From NCBI RefSeq assembly GCF_046262535.1, contig NZ_JBHEMO010000021.1, positions 19,132 to 83,131 of the forward strand: a stretch of 64,000 bases of DNA, given 5' to 3'. Both the position numbers and the translations under genes were made by a program. The stretch is from Jatrophihabitans sp. (GTDB lineage Bacteria; Actinomycetota; Actinomycetes; Mycobacteriales; Jatrophihabitantaceae). Each line of letters begins with the position of its first letter. Within the stretch, counting starts at the first letter, position 1. Under the pieces are notes generated by a model. The model had not been told where the DNA came from, did no database searches, and saw only the letters and a program-made list of their open reading frames with translations. Below are positions 41,063-50,500 of the stretch, in pieces.

Positions 41063-41786
41063 CTGTGCACGGTCCGGTTTTGGCCGGTCGCCACGGCTCG
41101 TGATGCGCCCAGCGGATCGCGATGTTCTGCCCGCGGACCGTCATAAGGAACACGAGGTAGGAGACGGCCGCCGCGGCGACGGTGATGGTCGGCCCCAGCA
41201 CGGACTTGAAGAGGATGAACCCGTTCAGCGACGCGTTGGTCAGCAGCCAGACCGTCCCGACTGCGTTGGTCGCGTACGTCGCTGCCCACACGACAGACAG
41301 CCGGTTGAAGAACCGCCCTTGACGGAGGTGTGTGGAGAGCTCGTCCGGGAACGCGCAGAAGTCGTGCGCCAAGCGGTCCAGGACCGGGCGCCCGGCGATC
41401 GCGGTCGCCGCGAACAGCGTCGCCACGGCCAGCGTGCCGATGACCGGCTGGATGAAGTAGAGGAACGCGCTGCCCGTGCAGAACACGACGACGGTGCGCA
41501 GCGACAGCAGCCCAGCGGCGAGCAGACCCGCGGCCAGGACCGGCTTCTTGCGCACCACGCGGCTGAGCAGCGCGGCGTAGTAGAGCGACGCGGTGACGAC
41601 GGCTGCGGTACGGAGCCCGAACAGTGACAGCGTCACGTAGAACGTCGCCATGGGCAGCAGCGTCACCAGGAACATCCGGGTGGCCGCGTGACGCACGATC
41701 GGGCGCCAGCCCGGCATGTCGATGACGTGCGGCGGGTCAGGAGCGACCCTCAACGCCGGCGCGGAGGAGACATCGGCAACGATCAT
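41043..41786 (-). CDS. Integral membrane protein (VC0807/DUF3159-like)
   Basis: About 6 TM; FLYFIQP, GRPVLDRLA, LSVVW. Confidence 0.65.
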   Translation of the reverse strand: MIVADVSSAPALRVAPDPPHVIDMPGWRPIVRHAATRMFLVTLLPMATFYVTLSLFGLRTAAVVTASLYYAALLSRVVRKKPVLAAGLLAAGLLSLRTVVVFCTGSAFLYFIQPVIGTLAVATLFAATAIAGRPVLDRLAHDFCAFPDELSTHLRQGRFFNRLSVVWAATYATNAVGTVWLLTNASLNGFILFKSVLGPTITVAAAAVSYLVFLMTVRGQNIAIRWAHHEPWRPAKTGPCTATSGRT

Positions 41787-41903
41787 GCGCAGCTCCTGGA
41801 CGTCGCCCCCGCGCACGATGAGGTGGTGAAGTTATCGCGATGTTAGATTTCTGTGAAGTTGATGCCGGTCGCGGTCGTCCTGGCTCTGCCAGACTCCGCA
41901 GCC

Positions 41904-42497
41904 ATGGAGAAGATCGACCTGCTCATTTGGTCCGACGACGACGTCGAGGCCGCCCGCACGCTCCAGGTTCCCGGCTTGCGCACAGCCGCCGTCTCCCGCG
42001 CCGCGCGGCTGGAGAAGGCGCCGCTGGTGATGGGGCGCGGTGTCGCGCTCGCCGGGCTCGCCGAGCTGTGGGTCGACAGCGTCGATGTCTGGCCGGCGAT
42101 CCTCGAGCAACTTCGGGCCGACGCCTACCTGGTCACCGAGTCGGTCCCGCAGCCGGTGTCGGCGGAGCCGGGGCTGCTGACCCATCTCACGTGGTTCCCC
42201 AAGCCTGAACGGCTTAGCGACGAGGAGTTCTTCGGCGGCTGGCACGTCGTGCACACCCCCTCGTCGGCAGCACTGCATCCGCGCCGACGCGGCTACGTCC
42301 GCGATGCCGTGACCCGGACACTGACGCCGGGCGCTCCGCCGGTGCGCGCGATCGTGAGCGAGTCGTTCGTGCTCGAGGACTACCTGGATCCGGCCCGCCT
42401 GTTCGGCGGACCCGAAGCCCTCAAGGTCACCATGGACGAGCTGCCGCTCTACGCCGATGCCGCCGACATCTCGAGCTGCCCGGTGTGGAAGGAGTGA
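41904..42497 (+). CDS. EthD-like protein
   Basis: KPERLSDEEFF..WHVVHTP..GYVRD; start uncertain (41853-41904). Confidence 0.6.
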   Translation: MEKIDLLIWSDDDVEAARTLQVPGLRTAAVSRAARLEKAPLVMGRGVALAGLAELWVDSVDVWPAILEQLRADAYLVTESVPQPVSAEPGLLTHLTWFPKPERLSDEEFFGGWHVVHTPSSAALHPRRRGYVRDAVTRTLTPGAPPVRAIVSESFVLEDYLDPARLFGGPEALKVTMDELPLYADAADISSCPVWKE

Positions 42498-42533
42498 CCC
42501 ATGGTGGGCGGAATTGGTGCCGCTGTCCGTGAG

Positions 42534-42926
42534 TCAGCCGGCGTAGTACTGCGTTATGCAGAACTCGTTGCCCTCAGGGTCGGCCATGACCAGCACGACG
42601 CCCTCGGCGTACTCATGCCGCTCGCCGGTCGAGCGGCCGCCCAGGCGGAGCACCGCAGCGGTGCCCTCGTCGATGTCCTCGACGACCAGATCGAGGTGGA
42701 TCCGCGCCTTGCCGTGCTTCGGTTCGGGCACCGGCTGAAAATTGATCACCGGGTCGGCGCCGGCGCGGCCGTCGAGCCGCAGCCAGCCGGGCAGCGGCAC
42801 CGTCACCTGCCGGTCCAGCAACGCCGACCAGAAGCCGGCGAGGACCGTGGGGTCGACGCAGTCGACGGTGATTCCGGACAGAAGTGCGGGCGCAGGCACC
42901 CGTTCAGCGTAGGACCGTCCACTCAC
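42534..42926 (-). CDS. VOC family protein
   Basis: VDCVDP..FWSALL..KARIHLDL..MADPEGNEFC. Confidence 0.88.
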   Translation of the reverse strand: MSGRSYAERVPAPALLSGITVDCVDPTVLAGFWSALLDRQVTVPLPGWLRLDGRAGADPVINFQPVPEPKHGKARIHLDLVVEDIDEGTAAVLRLGGRSTGERHEYAEGVVLVMADPEGNEFCITQYYAG

Positions 42927-43732
42927 CGCCACGCCGGTCTTCGCCACTGAACCGGTCTCGGGTCGATGGGACCGGTCCCGCGGCGCACGACCAACCCGAC
43001 GACGACGCCGAAGACGAAGCCGACGACGTGGGCGAGGTAGGCGACGTCGCCGGCCGACGAGACGGCGGTGCCGCTTGCGTACACCCATTGCAGGACGAAC
43101 CACAGGCCCAACACCAGCCACGCCGGCAGGCGCAGCGGGATGAAGAAGAAGAACGGGACGAGGCTCCACACCCGGGCCTTCGGGAACATCACCAGGTAGG
43201 CGCCGAGCACCCCCGCAATCGCGCCTGACGCGCCGATCAGCGTCTCGCGCGAGTCGGGCTGGGCGAGCGCGAATCCGTACGCCGCGATGACGCCCGCAAC
43301 CAGGTAGAACACCAGGAACTTGAGCCGTCCCATCCGGTCCTCAACGTTGTTGCCGAAGATGAGCAGGAACAGCATGTTGCCGAGCAGGTGGAGCCAGCCG
43401 CCGTGCAGGAACTGCGACGTGACGGCGGACAGGAACGGCACCTTGTGATAGCTCGGCTTGCCGACGACGCAGCCCACGCGGTTGCCGGACCGAGCTGCTG
43501 GGCCGGTGGCAACGTGGTCGAGTGGATCGTTGGAGGTCAGCTCTTTCGGGATGGCGGCGTAATGGTCGTAGAACTCGAGTTGCCGGCACTGCGTCTGCGC
43601 GGTCATCGACCCGTTGACCGATGTCGAGTTCCCCGGCGTCAGCAGGAAGACCACGATGTTCGCCGCGATGAGCGCCCAGGTGACCCAGGGCGTGCGGCGC
43701 AGCGGATTGATGTCATGAACCGGGATGACCAC
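42923..43732 (-). CDS. Rhomboid intramembrane serine protease
   Basis: FLHGGWLHLLGNM, IGASGAI, AYLAHVVG. Confidence 0.93.
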   Translation of the reverse strand: MVIPVHDINPLRRTPWVTWALIAANIVVFLLTPGNSTSVNGSMTAQTQCRQLEFYDHYAAIPKELTSNDPLDHVATGPAARSGNRVGCVVGKPSYHKVPFLSAVTSQFLHGGWLHLLGNMLFLLIFGNNVEDRMGRLKFLVFYLVAGVIAAYGFALAQPDSRETLIGASGAIAGVLGAYLVMFPKARVWSLVPFFFFIPLRLPAWLVLGLWFVLQWVYASGTAVSSAGDVAYLAHVVGFVFGVVVGLVVRRGTGPIDPRPVQWRRPAWR

Positions 43733-43813
43733 GCGCCGAGTCTGCCCCGGTCCGTCTTCGCGTTCACCCGTGAGTCAGCCACAGTGGGCGCCGACACGGG
43801 CAGGATGGGGGGC

Positions 43814-45013
43814 ATGTCGCGGCTGCAGGGAACGGACGTCCTGGTAGTCGGCGCGGCGTTCGCCGACGGCACCTCGGACACGGTCCGGCGCGACGTGACG
43901 CTGCTGGTTCAAGACGGCCGGATCGCCGGGCTGTGGTTCGACGGCGACGGCCCGGACCGTCCGGTGGCAGGAGTGCCGCGGATCGACGGCAGCGGGGCCA
44001 CGATCGTCCCGGGCCTGGTCGACTCGCATGCCCACCTGTCGCTGCCCGGCGGCGCCCAGTGGATCGACCGGGGTTTCGATCCGGCCGACGAGTTGCTTGA
44101 CGCCGGCGAGGACAACGGCGAGCTCATGGTCCGAGCCGGCATCCGCTGGGCCCGCGACGTCGGGGCGCCGCGGCGACCCGGTGCCGACGGACGCGAGCGA
44201 GCCCTGAGCCTCGTCCTGCGCGACCGCTGGGCCGGAGCACACGACCGCCCGTACGTGCGCGCGGCCGGCACCTGGCTCGCGAGGAGCGGCTCCCTACCGC
44301 ACGGGTTGGCCATCGAGGTCGAGCACGGCGCCGACCTGCTGCCCGCGGTGGCCCAGCAGCTCGACGACGGCGCCGATCTGGTCAAGCTGTACCTCGACGG
44401 ACCGGATCCCGACACGGCCCCATTCAGCGCCGAGGAGGTCCGCGCCGCGGTAGACCTCGCGCACGGCCGGGGGGCCACCGTGGCCGCGCACTCCGGAACG
44501 TTGCCCGGCGCGCGGGTGGGCGCCGAGGCCGGCATCGACAGCCTGGAGCACGGTTTCGCCCTGGACGTCGACGCTGCGACCGCCCTCGCGGCGCACGGCG
44601 TCACGCTGGTCTGCACGCTGGCCGTCCTGCGCTCCTGGCAGTCGTTTCGGACCACGTCGCCCAATCCGCGATTCAGCGAGCCCGACGGCATCACCCGGAT
44701 CGCGGCCCGGCGCGAACGCGCTGAGGAGAGCGTCCGGCTGGCCGCTCGCGCCGGCGTCGCGATCGCCGCGGGATCGGACTTCGGCGGCGGTTCGCTGCGC
44801 GCCAACCAGTTGGCCTGGGAGGTCGAGGCCCTCGTCGGTGCCGGCGTCGAACCGCACGCGGCCCTGGCCGCCGCGACGTGGCGCGGCGGGGACCTGTTCG
44901 GCGACCCGGATGCCGGCCGGGTGCGGATCGGCGGCCCGGCTCATTTCAGCCTCGTGCACGGCGATCCGCTGTCGGATCCGGCGGCGCTCTGGCGGGTCTG
45001 GCTCACTCGCTGA
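43814..45013 (+). CDS. Metal-dependent amidohydrolase
   Basis: PGLVDSHAH, GADLVKL, VAAH, LEHG, AGSDFG. Confidence 0.9.
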   Translation: MSRLQGTDVLVVGAAFADGTSDTVRRDVTLLVQDGRIAGLWFDGDGPDRPVAGVPRIDGSGATIVPGLVDSHAHLSLPGGAQWIDRGFDPADELLDAGEDNGELMVRAGIRWARDVGAPRRPGADGRERALSLVLRDRWAGAHDRPYVRAAGTWLARSGSLPHGLAIEVEHGADLLPAVAQQLDDGADLVKLYLDGPDPDTAPFSAEEVRAAVDLAHGRGATVAAHSGTLPGARVGAEAGIDSLEHGFALDVDAATALAAHGVTLVCTLAVLRSWQSFRTTSPNPRFSEPDGITRIAARRERAEESVRLAARAGVAIAAGSDFGGGSLRANQLAWEVEALVGAGVEPHAALAAATWRGGDLFGDPDAGRVRIGGPAHFSLVHGDPLSDPAALWRVWLTR

Positions 45014-45069
45014 CGCGGGACTGTCGGTTTGGCGGGCCGACTATCACGAACTGACGCGCGAAATCGGTA

Positions 45070-45085
45070 ATGACACACTTGTAAC
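45070..45085. promoter_or_regulatory. Possible MtrA-type direct repeat upstream of the rpf-like gene
   Basis: ATGAC-N6-GTAAC versus GTnAC-N6-GTnAC. Confidence 0.35.
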
Positions 45086-45229
45086 TCGGTTGTTTCGCTT
45101 GCAACCTCCTGATGCCTGTGTGACGGTTGGGACAAGTGAGCCGCAAGCGAACTCCGGCGACGGAGCCGCGAACCAAGCGGCCAGCACGCCCGAGCGGCCG
45201 AGGGGCCGACGCCGAAAGGACAGTCGACG

Positions 45230-45991
45230 ATGGGCATCTCTTCCGATCCTGGGCGCAGTCCGTCCTTCTTCACCGAGTGGGCGCAGGAGAACGCCTCGCG
45301 CGGCCCGACGGCGCCCCGGGCGCCCCGCTTCCGTATCAGGCGACCGATCCGGCGCCCGGTTGCGGCCGTGGGCGTCCTGGCCGCCGCCGCGGCGACCGCT
45401 CTCGTGCTGCCCGCCGCGACCGCCACGGCCGACCCGTCGGCGAGCACGTGGTACCGGCTGCGCATGTGCGAGTCGAGCAACAACTACGCGATCGACACGG
45501 GCAACGATCACTACGGCGCCTACCAGTTCGACCTGCCGACCTGGCGCAGCGTCGGCGGCACGGGCTACCCGAACCGCGCCTCGAGGACCGAGCAGGACAA
45601 CCGCGCGCTGATCCTCTACCGCGAGCGCGGGTGGCAGCCGTGGCAGTGCGCGTCGATCCTCGGACTGCGCGAGGACGGTGACGCGGGGTCGGGCCGAATC
45701 AACGACATCCACTTCCCGACCAGCACCTCGTCGGGGCCGACGTCATCGGGAATCCCGGCCTTCCCCGGCGGTTCGCACTGGTACGTGTACGGCGAGACGA
45801 GCCGCAACATCAAGGTGTTCCAGGACCGCATGCACGCGCGTGGCTACTTCCCGGTGGGCACGGGGGAGTACGGGCCGAACACGTTGCGGATGGTCAAGCA
45901 GTTGCAGCGCCTCAACGGGCTCGTCCCGAACGGCTACATCGGACCGAACACCTGGCGCCTCGCCTGGATCGGGAAATACGTGATGCCCTAG
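45230..45991 (+). CDS. Resuscitation-promoting factor (transglycosylase) with a peptidoglycan-binding domain
   Basis: WYRLRMCESSNNY..YGAYQF..TW..VGG; C-terminal GEYG..QLQRLNGL..GYIGPNTW; AAAGGA RBS. Confidence 0.9.
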   Translation: MGISSDPGRSPSFFTEWAQENASRGPTAPRAPRFRIRRPIRRPVAAVGVLAAAAATALVLPAATATADPSASTWYRLRMCESSNNYAIDTGNDHYGAYQFDLPTWRSVGGTGYPNRASRTEQDNRALILYRERGWQPWQCASILGLREDGDAGSGRINDIHFPTSTSSGPTSSGIPAFPGGSHWYVYGETSRNIKVFQDRMHARGYFPVGTGEYGPNTLRMVKQLQRLNGLVPNGYIGPNTWRLAWIGKYVMP

Positions 45992-47026
45992 TCACGTCGC
46001 GCTGGACCGCGCCCACAGGTTGATGTCGGAGTCGACGGCGTACTCGTCGATGCGGGCCAGCTCGGCATCGGTGAACGTCAGGTTGTCCTGGGCTCCCAGG
46101 TTGTCCGTCAGCTGGCTCACCCGGCTCGCGCCGATGACCAGGGACGTCATCCGTGGATCGCGCAGCGCCCAGGCGAGCGCGAGCTGGGCCAGGCTCTGGC
46201 CGCGCTCGCGCGCGATGTCGTTCAGCGCCTGTGCCCGGTGCACCGTCTGCTCGTTGATCATGCCGGGGTCGAGCGACTTGGCCTGGCTGGCGCGCGAGCC
46301 GTCCGGGATCCCGTTGAGGTAGCGATCGGTCAGCATGCCCTGGGCGAGAGGTGAGAAGGCGATGCAGCCGGCGCCGACCTCCTCCAGGGCGTCGAGCAGC
46401 CCGTTCTCGATCCACCGGTTGAACATGGAGTACGACGGCTGGTGGATCAACAGCGGCGTGCCGAGCTCGCGCAGGATCGCGGCGGCCTCGCGCGTCCGTT
46501 GCGAGCTGTAGGACGAGATGCCGACGTACAGCGCCTTCCCCTGCCGCACGGCGCGGTCGAGCGCACCCATCGTCTCTTCCAACGGTGTGGCCTCGTCGAG
46601 GCGGTGGCTGTAGAAGATGTCGACGTAGTCCAGCCCCATCCGGCGCAGGCTCTGGTCCAGGCTCGCGGTCAGGTATTTCCGCGACCCGCCGTCACCGTAC
46701 GGGCCGGGCCACATGTCGTAGCCGGCCTTCGTCGAGATGATGAGCTCGTCCCGGTGGCCGGCGAAGTCCTGCGCCAGGTAGCGGCCGAAGTTCGCTTCGG
46801 CCGATCCGTAGGGCGGACCGTAGTTGTTGGCAAGGTCGAAGTGGGTGATCCCGCTGTCGAAGGCGGTGCGCAGGATCGCCCGGTGCTGGCTCGCATCGCG
46901 GTCGTCACCGAAGTTGTGCCAGAGCCCGAGCGACAGCAGCGGGAGCCGAATCCCGGAGCGGCCACAGGTGCGGTAGGTCATCCGGTCGTAGCGGTCGGGA
47001 GCGGCGCGGTAGGCGGGTGTCGTCAC
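45992..47026 (-). CDS. Aldo/keto reductase (L-glyceraldehyde-3-phosphate reductase-like)
   Basis: SLGLWHNFG, HFDLANNYGPP, ISTKAGY, HQPSYSM. Confidence 0.92.
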   Translation of the reverse strand: MTTPAYRAAPDRYDRMTYRTCGRSGIRLPLLSLGLWHNFGDDRDASQHRAILRTAFDSGITHFDLANNYGPPYGSAEANFGRYLAQDFAGHRDELIISTKAGYDMWPGPYGDGGSRKYLTASLDQSLRRMGLDYVDIFYSHRLDEATPLEETMGALDRAVRQGKALYVGISSYSSQRTREAAAILRELGTPLLIHQPSYSMFNRWIENGLLDALEEVGAGCIAFSPLAQGMLTDRYLNGIPDGSRASQAKSLDPGMINEQTVHRAQALNDIARERGQSLAQLALAWALRDPRMTSLVIGASRVSQLTDNLGAQDNLTFTDAELARIDEYAVDSDINLWARSSAT

Positions 47027-47064
47027 GCTATCCAACAGTAGGACCGCTGCGAGAGACTGACGCA

Positions 47065-47676
47065 ATGTCCGGAGCCACCCGCGGTTTCCTCGGCCGACGC
47101 CACGCTGAGCGCGATTCCCGATTGCCCCCCGGCCAGTACGACGCCGGCCGCGACTTCCCGGTGCTCACCGCCGAAGTGACGCCCCGCCTCGACCCCGACC
47201 GCTGGACGATGACCGTCGATGGCCTGGTGGAGAACCCGTCCACCTGGTCCTGGGCCGATCTGCACGCCCTGCCGGGGTCGGAGTACGAGGGCGACATCCA
47301 CTGCGTGACGACATGGTCGAAACTCGGTACGCGATTCGCCGGCGTCTCCGTGGATGTGCTGCTCGAGGCCGCCCGTCCGCTGCCCGCCGCGGCCTTCGTC
47401 CTGGCGACGTCGACCACGGGTTACACGACCAACCTGCCCTTGTCGCATGTGGTCGACGGTCAGGCTTGGGTGGTCTGGACGCACGAGGGCAAGCCGCTTC
47501 CCCGCGAGCACGGTGGCCCGATCCGCCTGCTCGTGCCCCACCTGTACTTCTGGAAGAGCGCCAAGTGGGTCACGAAGCTCACCCTGCTCGAGCATGACCA
47601 ACAAGGGTTCTGGGAGCGCAACGGCTATCACGATCTCGGCGATCCGTGGCTCGAGCAGCGGTATCAGGGTGATTGA
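47065..47676 (+). CDS. Sulfite oxidase-like molybdopterin oxidoreductase (cytoplasmic)
   Basis: LPPGQ, DIHCVT, EHGGPIRL, WKSAKW, GFWE..GYH. Confidence 0.9.
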   Translation: MSGATRGFLGRRHAERDSRLPPGQYDAGRDFPVLTAEVTPRLDPDRWTMTVDGLVENPSTWSWADLHALPGSEYEGDIHCVTTWSKLGTRFAGVSVDVLLEAARPLPAAAFVLATSTTGYTTNLPLSHVVDGQAWVVWTHEGKPLPREHGGPIRLLVPHLYFWKSAKWVTKLTLLEHDQQGFWERNGYHDLGDPWLEQRYQGD

Positions 47677-48394
47677 GACAGTGGAGCCTCAGGCGGCGGC
47701 CCCAGCGCCCGTCGGCGCGTGGCGCCGCGCGACCGTCCGCGCCGTGTCGCACCCGTCCCCCCGCGCCGTCGTTCTGCGGCTGGAGGTGCCGGACCGGATC
47801 GACCACCTGCCCGGCCAGCACTACGTCGTCCGGCTCACCGCGGAGGACGGTTACGTCGCGCAGCGCTCGTACTCCGTCGCGTCCCCGCCCTCGGACGAGC
47901 TGCTCGAGTTCTACGTCGAGCGCCTCGACGACGGTGAGGTGTCGACCTTCCTCGCCGATGTCGTGCAGGTCGGCGACGAATTGGACGTCCGCGGACCCAT
48001 CGGCGGGTGGTTCGTGTGGGACGGCACACGACCGGCGTTCGGCATCGGCGGCGGCTCGGGCGCGGTGCCCCTGCTCGCGATGCTCCGGCACGCGATCGAC
48101 GTCGGGCGCACCGATTACCTGCGCCTGGCGGTGTCCGCCCGGACGTGGACCGATCTGCCGTACGGCCAGGAGTTGAAGGCCGGGGGAGCGCTGATCGCGC
48201 TGAGCCGCGAGGACTACAGCGGCCGGTCGGCCGCCCGGCTGCGCGCCGACGAGCTCGGACCGCTGCTGCCGGCGGGCGGCGCGTGCTTCGTCTGCGGCTC
48301 CGCCAGCTTCGCCGAAGCCGCGTCCGAACTGCTCATGGCCGCCGGCATGGGGGCCGAGCACATCAGGATCGAGCGCTTCGGCCCGACGAGCTAA
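47669..48394 (+). CDS. Ferredoxin-NADP reductase-like flavoprotein
   Basis: PGQHY, RSYSVAS, GGGSG, VCGSASF, ERFG; overlaps the upstream gene. Confidence 0.88.
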   Translation: MIETVEPQAAAPAPVGAWRRATVRAVSHPSPRAVVLRLEVPDRIDHLPGQHYVVRLTAEDGYVAQRSYSVASPPSDELLEFYVERLDDGEVSTFLADVVQVGDELDVRGPIGGWFVWDGTRPAFGIGGGSGAVPLLAMLRHAIDVGRTDYLRLAVSARTWTDLPYGQELKAGGALIALSREDYSGRSAARLRADELGPLLPAGGACFVCGSASFAEAASELLMAAGMGAEHIRIERFGPTS

Positions 48395-48843
48395 GCGGCG
48401 GCGAGGACGCGGAAGACCGGGAATCCGGGAGCGATGCGGGCCAGATCGTCGTCGGTCGCCGACTTCTCGACGCCCTCGAAGAACGCGCCGACCTCCCACC
48501 CCCACGTGCGCAAGTACTCCCGCAGGACCGGCACCTTCGCCTCGTCCGGCAGTTCCGCGACGCGGAACGCCTCGACGCGGAGCCCGACCCGCAGCTCACC
48601 CTCCCCGGAGGAACGGATGTTGCGGACCCACTGTGTCGCGCCGCGCGGCGAGACCAGGTAGCGGTCGCCCTCGGCGGACAGCAGGTTGACCGGTGTGCTG
48701 CGCCATTCGCCGCTCTTACGGCCGCGAACCCGCAGTTCGCGTGCCCCGGCGACGCTGATGCCGAGCCGGGTGAGCCGGCGGACGCTCCGGTTGAAGATGT
48801 TGCGGGTGAACCAGCCGGGCTCCAGGTAGCGGGTTTCGCTCAT
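48391..48843 (-). CDS. F420-dependent nitroreductase (Ddn-like)
   Basis: GRKSGEWRSTP, WVRNIR, FPVF. Confidence 0.85.
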   Translation of the reverse strand: MSETRYLEPGWFTRNIFNRSVRRLTRLGISVAGARELRVRGRKSGEWRSTPVNLLSAEGDRYLVSPRGATQWVRNIRSSGEGELRVGLRVEAFRVAELPDEAKVPVLREYLRTWGWEVGAFFEGVEKSATDDDLARIAPGFPVFRVLAAA

Positions 48844-48864
48844 CGTCGACTTCCTCAGGGTTGG

Positions 48865-48931
48865 GAGAGCAGTGCTCTCGGTTAGCTCGATCCTGGACCA
48901 CGCCACGCGCAAAGTCAAGAGCATTGCTCTC
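48865..48931. promoter_or_regulatory. Two copies of a 15-bp palindromic operator
   Basis: GAGAGCAGTGCTCTC (48865) and AAGAGCATTGCTCTC (48917). Confidence 0.7.
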
Positions 48932-48979
48932 GGTTTGCGCCTGCCGCGCGATGACTACGCCCGGCCCTACGCTGACCGG

Positions 48980-50461
48980 ATGCCGATCAGCGCAGGCAAG
49001 GCGGTTCCGCCCGTCGTCGGTCTGGCCGACGTGTCGGACTGGTCCCACGACGTCGACGTGCTGGTTGTCGGTTTCGGTATGGGCGGCGGCTGCGCGGCGG
49101 TGGAGGCGGCGGCCGCCGGCGCCCGGGTGCTGGTCATCGAGCGCGCGGCCGGGCCCGGCGGAACGACGGTGATGGCCGGCGGCCACTTCTACCTCGGTGG
49201 GGGCACCGCGGTGCAGCAGGCGACCGGGCATCCCGACACGCCGGAGGAGATGGCCAAGTACCTGACGGCGATGTCGCGCGATCCGGAGCCGGACAAGATC
49301 AGGGCGTACTGCGCAGGCAGCGTCGAGCACTTCACCTGGCTCGAGGGGCTGGGCTTCGAGTTCGAGCGCAGCTTCTACCCGGAGAAGGCCGTCATCCAGC
49401 CGGGCACGCAAGGGTTGATGTACACCGGCAACGAGAAGGTCTGGCCGTTCATGGACCTGGCCGTGCCGGCGCCGCGGGGGCACAAGGTGCCGGTGCCTGG
49501 CGACACCCAGGGCGCCCGGATCGTCATCGACCTGCTGGTCAAGCGGGCGGCCGAACTGGGCATCGAAGTCCGCTACGAGACCGGGGCGACCGGTCTCGTG
49601 CTCGACGATTCCGGCGCGGTTGCGGGCGTCACCTGGCGGCGGTTCGAAGAGACGGGCGCGATCCGGGCGCGGGCCGTGGTGCTGGCCGCCGGTGGCTTCG
49701 TGATGAACGAGGACATGGTCGCCGAGCACGTACCGCAGCTGGCCGAGAAACCGTTCGTCCTCGGCAGTACCTACGACGACGGGTTGGGCATCCGGTTAGG
49801 CGTCTCGGCCGGAGGCGCTACCCGGCACATGGACCAGGCCTTCATCACCTGCCCGGTCTATCCGCCGGCCCAGCTGCTGACCGGGGTGATCGTCAACGCG
49901 CAGGGGCAGCGCTTCGTGGCCGGGGACAGCTACCACTCGCGCACCTCGGCATTCGTGCTCGAGCAACCGGGCAGCGTCGCCTACCTGATCGTGGACGCCG
50001 AGCACATGCAGCGTCCGGAGTTCCCGCTCGCTCCGTTCATCGACGGGTGGGAGACGGTCACCGAGATGGAGCGGGCGCTGCGGATACCGGCCGGCCGACT
50101 CGCGGCGACGCTGCAGCGGTACAGCGAGAACGCTGCGCGGGGCGAGGATCCCGACTTCCACAAGTCGCCGGAGTGGCTCGCACCGCAGCTGGCCGGGCCG
50201 TGGGGTGCGTTCGACCTCACTCTCGGCAAGGCCCTCTACGCCGGATTCACCGTCGGCGGTCTGCGCACGTCGGTCGAGGGCGAGGTGCTGCGCGAGGGCG
50301 GCGGCGTGGTACCCGGCTTGTACGCCGCCGGCGCGTGCGCGGCCAACCTCGCCCAGGACGGCAAGGGGTACTCGAGCGGCACCCAGCTCGGCGAATCGTC
50401 GTTCTTCGGCCGCCGCGCCGGCCGGCATGCGGCGCGCGCCACCTGTCGCGCGACGTCATGA
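48980..50461 (+). CDS. FAD-binding dehydrogenase (ketosteroid dehydrogenase / fumarate reductase flavoprotein family)
   Basis: VVGFGMGG, VVLAAGGF, TVGGL, PGLYAAG, SSGTQLG. Confidence 0.85.
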   Translation: MPISAGKAVPPVVGLADVSDWSHDVDVLVVGFGMGGGCAAVEAAAAGARVLVIERAAGPGGTTVMAGGHFYLGGGTAVQQATGHPDTPEEMAKYLTAMSRDPEPDKIRAYCAGSVEHFTWLEGLGFEFERSFYPEKAVIQPGTQGLMYTGNEKVWPFMDLAVPAPRGHKVPVPGDTQGARIVIDLLVKRAAELGIEVRYETGATGLVLDDSGAVAGVTWRRFEETGAIRARAVVLAAGGFVMNEDMVAEHVPQLAEKPFVLGSTYDDGLGIRLGVSAGGATRHMDQAFITCPVYPPAQLLTGVIVNAQGQRFVAGDSYHSRTSAFVLEQPGSVAYLIVDAEHMQRPEFPLAPFIDGWETVTEMERALRIPAGRLAATLQRYSENAARGEDPDFHKSPEWLAPQLAGPWGAFDLTLGKALYAGFTVGGLRTSVEGEVLREGGGVVPGLYAAGACAANLAQDGKGYSSGTQLGESSFFGRRAGRHAARATCRATS

Positions 50462-50500
50462 GCCGGGAATTCCAGCGCGCATCGCTGCCGTTGTGCCTGA

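Noticed and set aside
45090-45229. Call as c-di-AMP (ydaO) or SAM-I/IV riboswitch
   Set aside because: Only short words (GCAACC, GCAAGCG) match and the core consensus elements are missing; kept as an unassigned candidate
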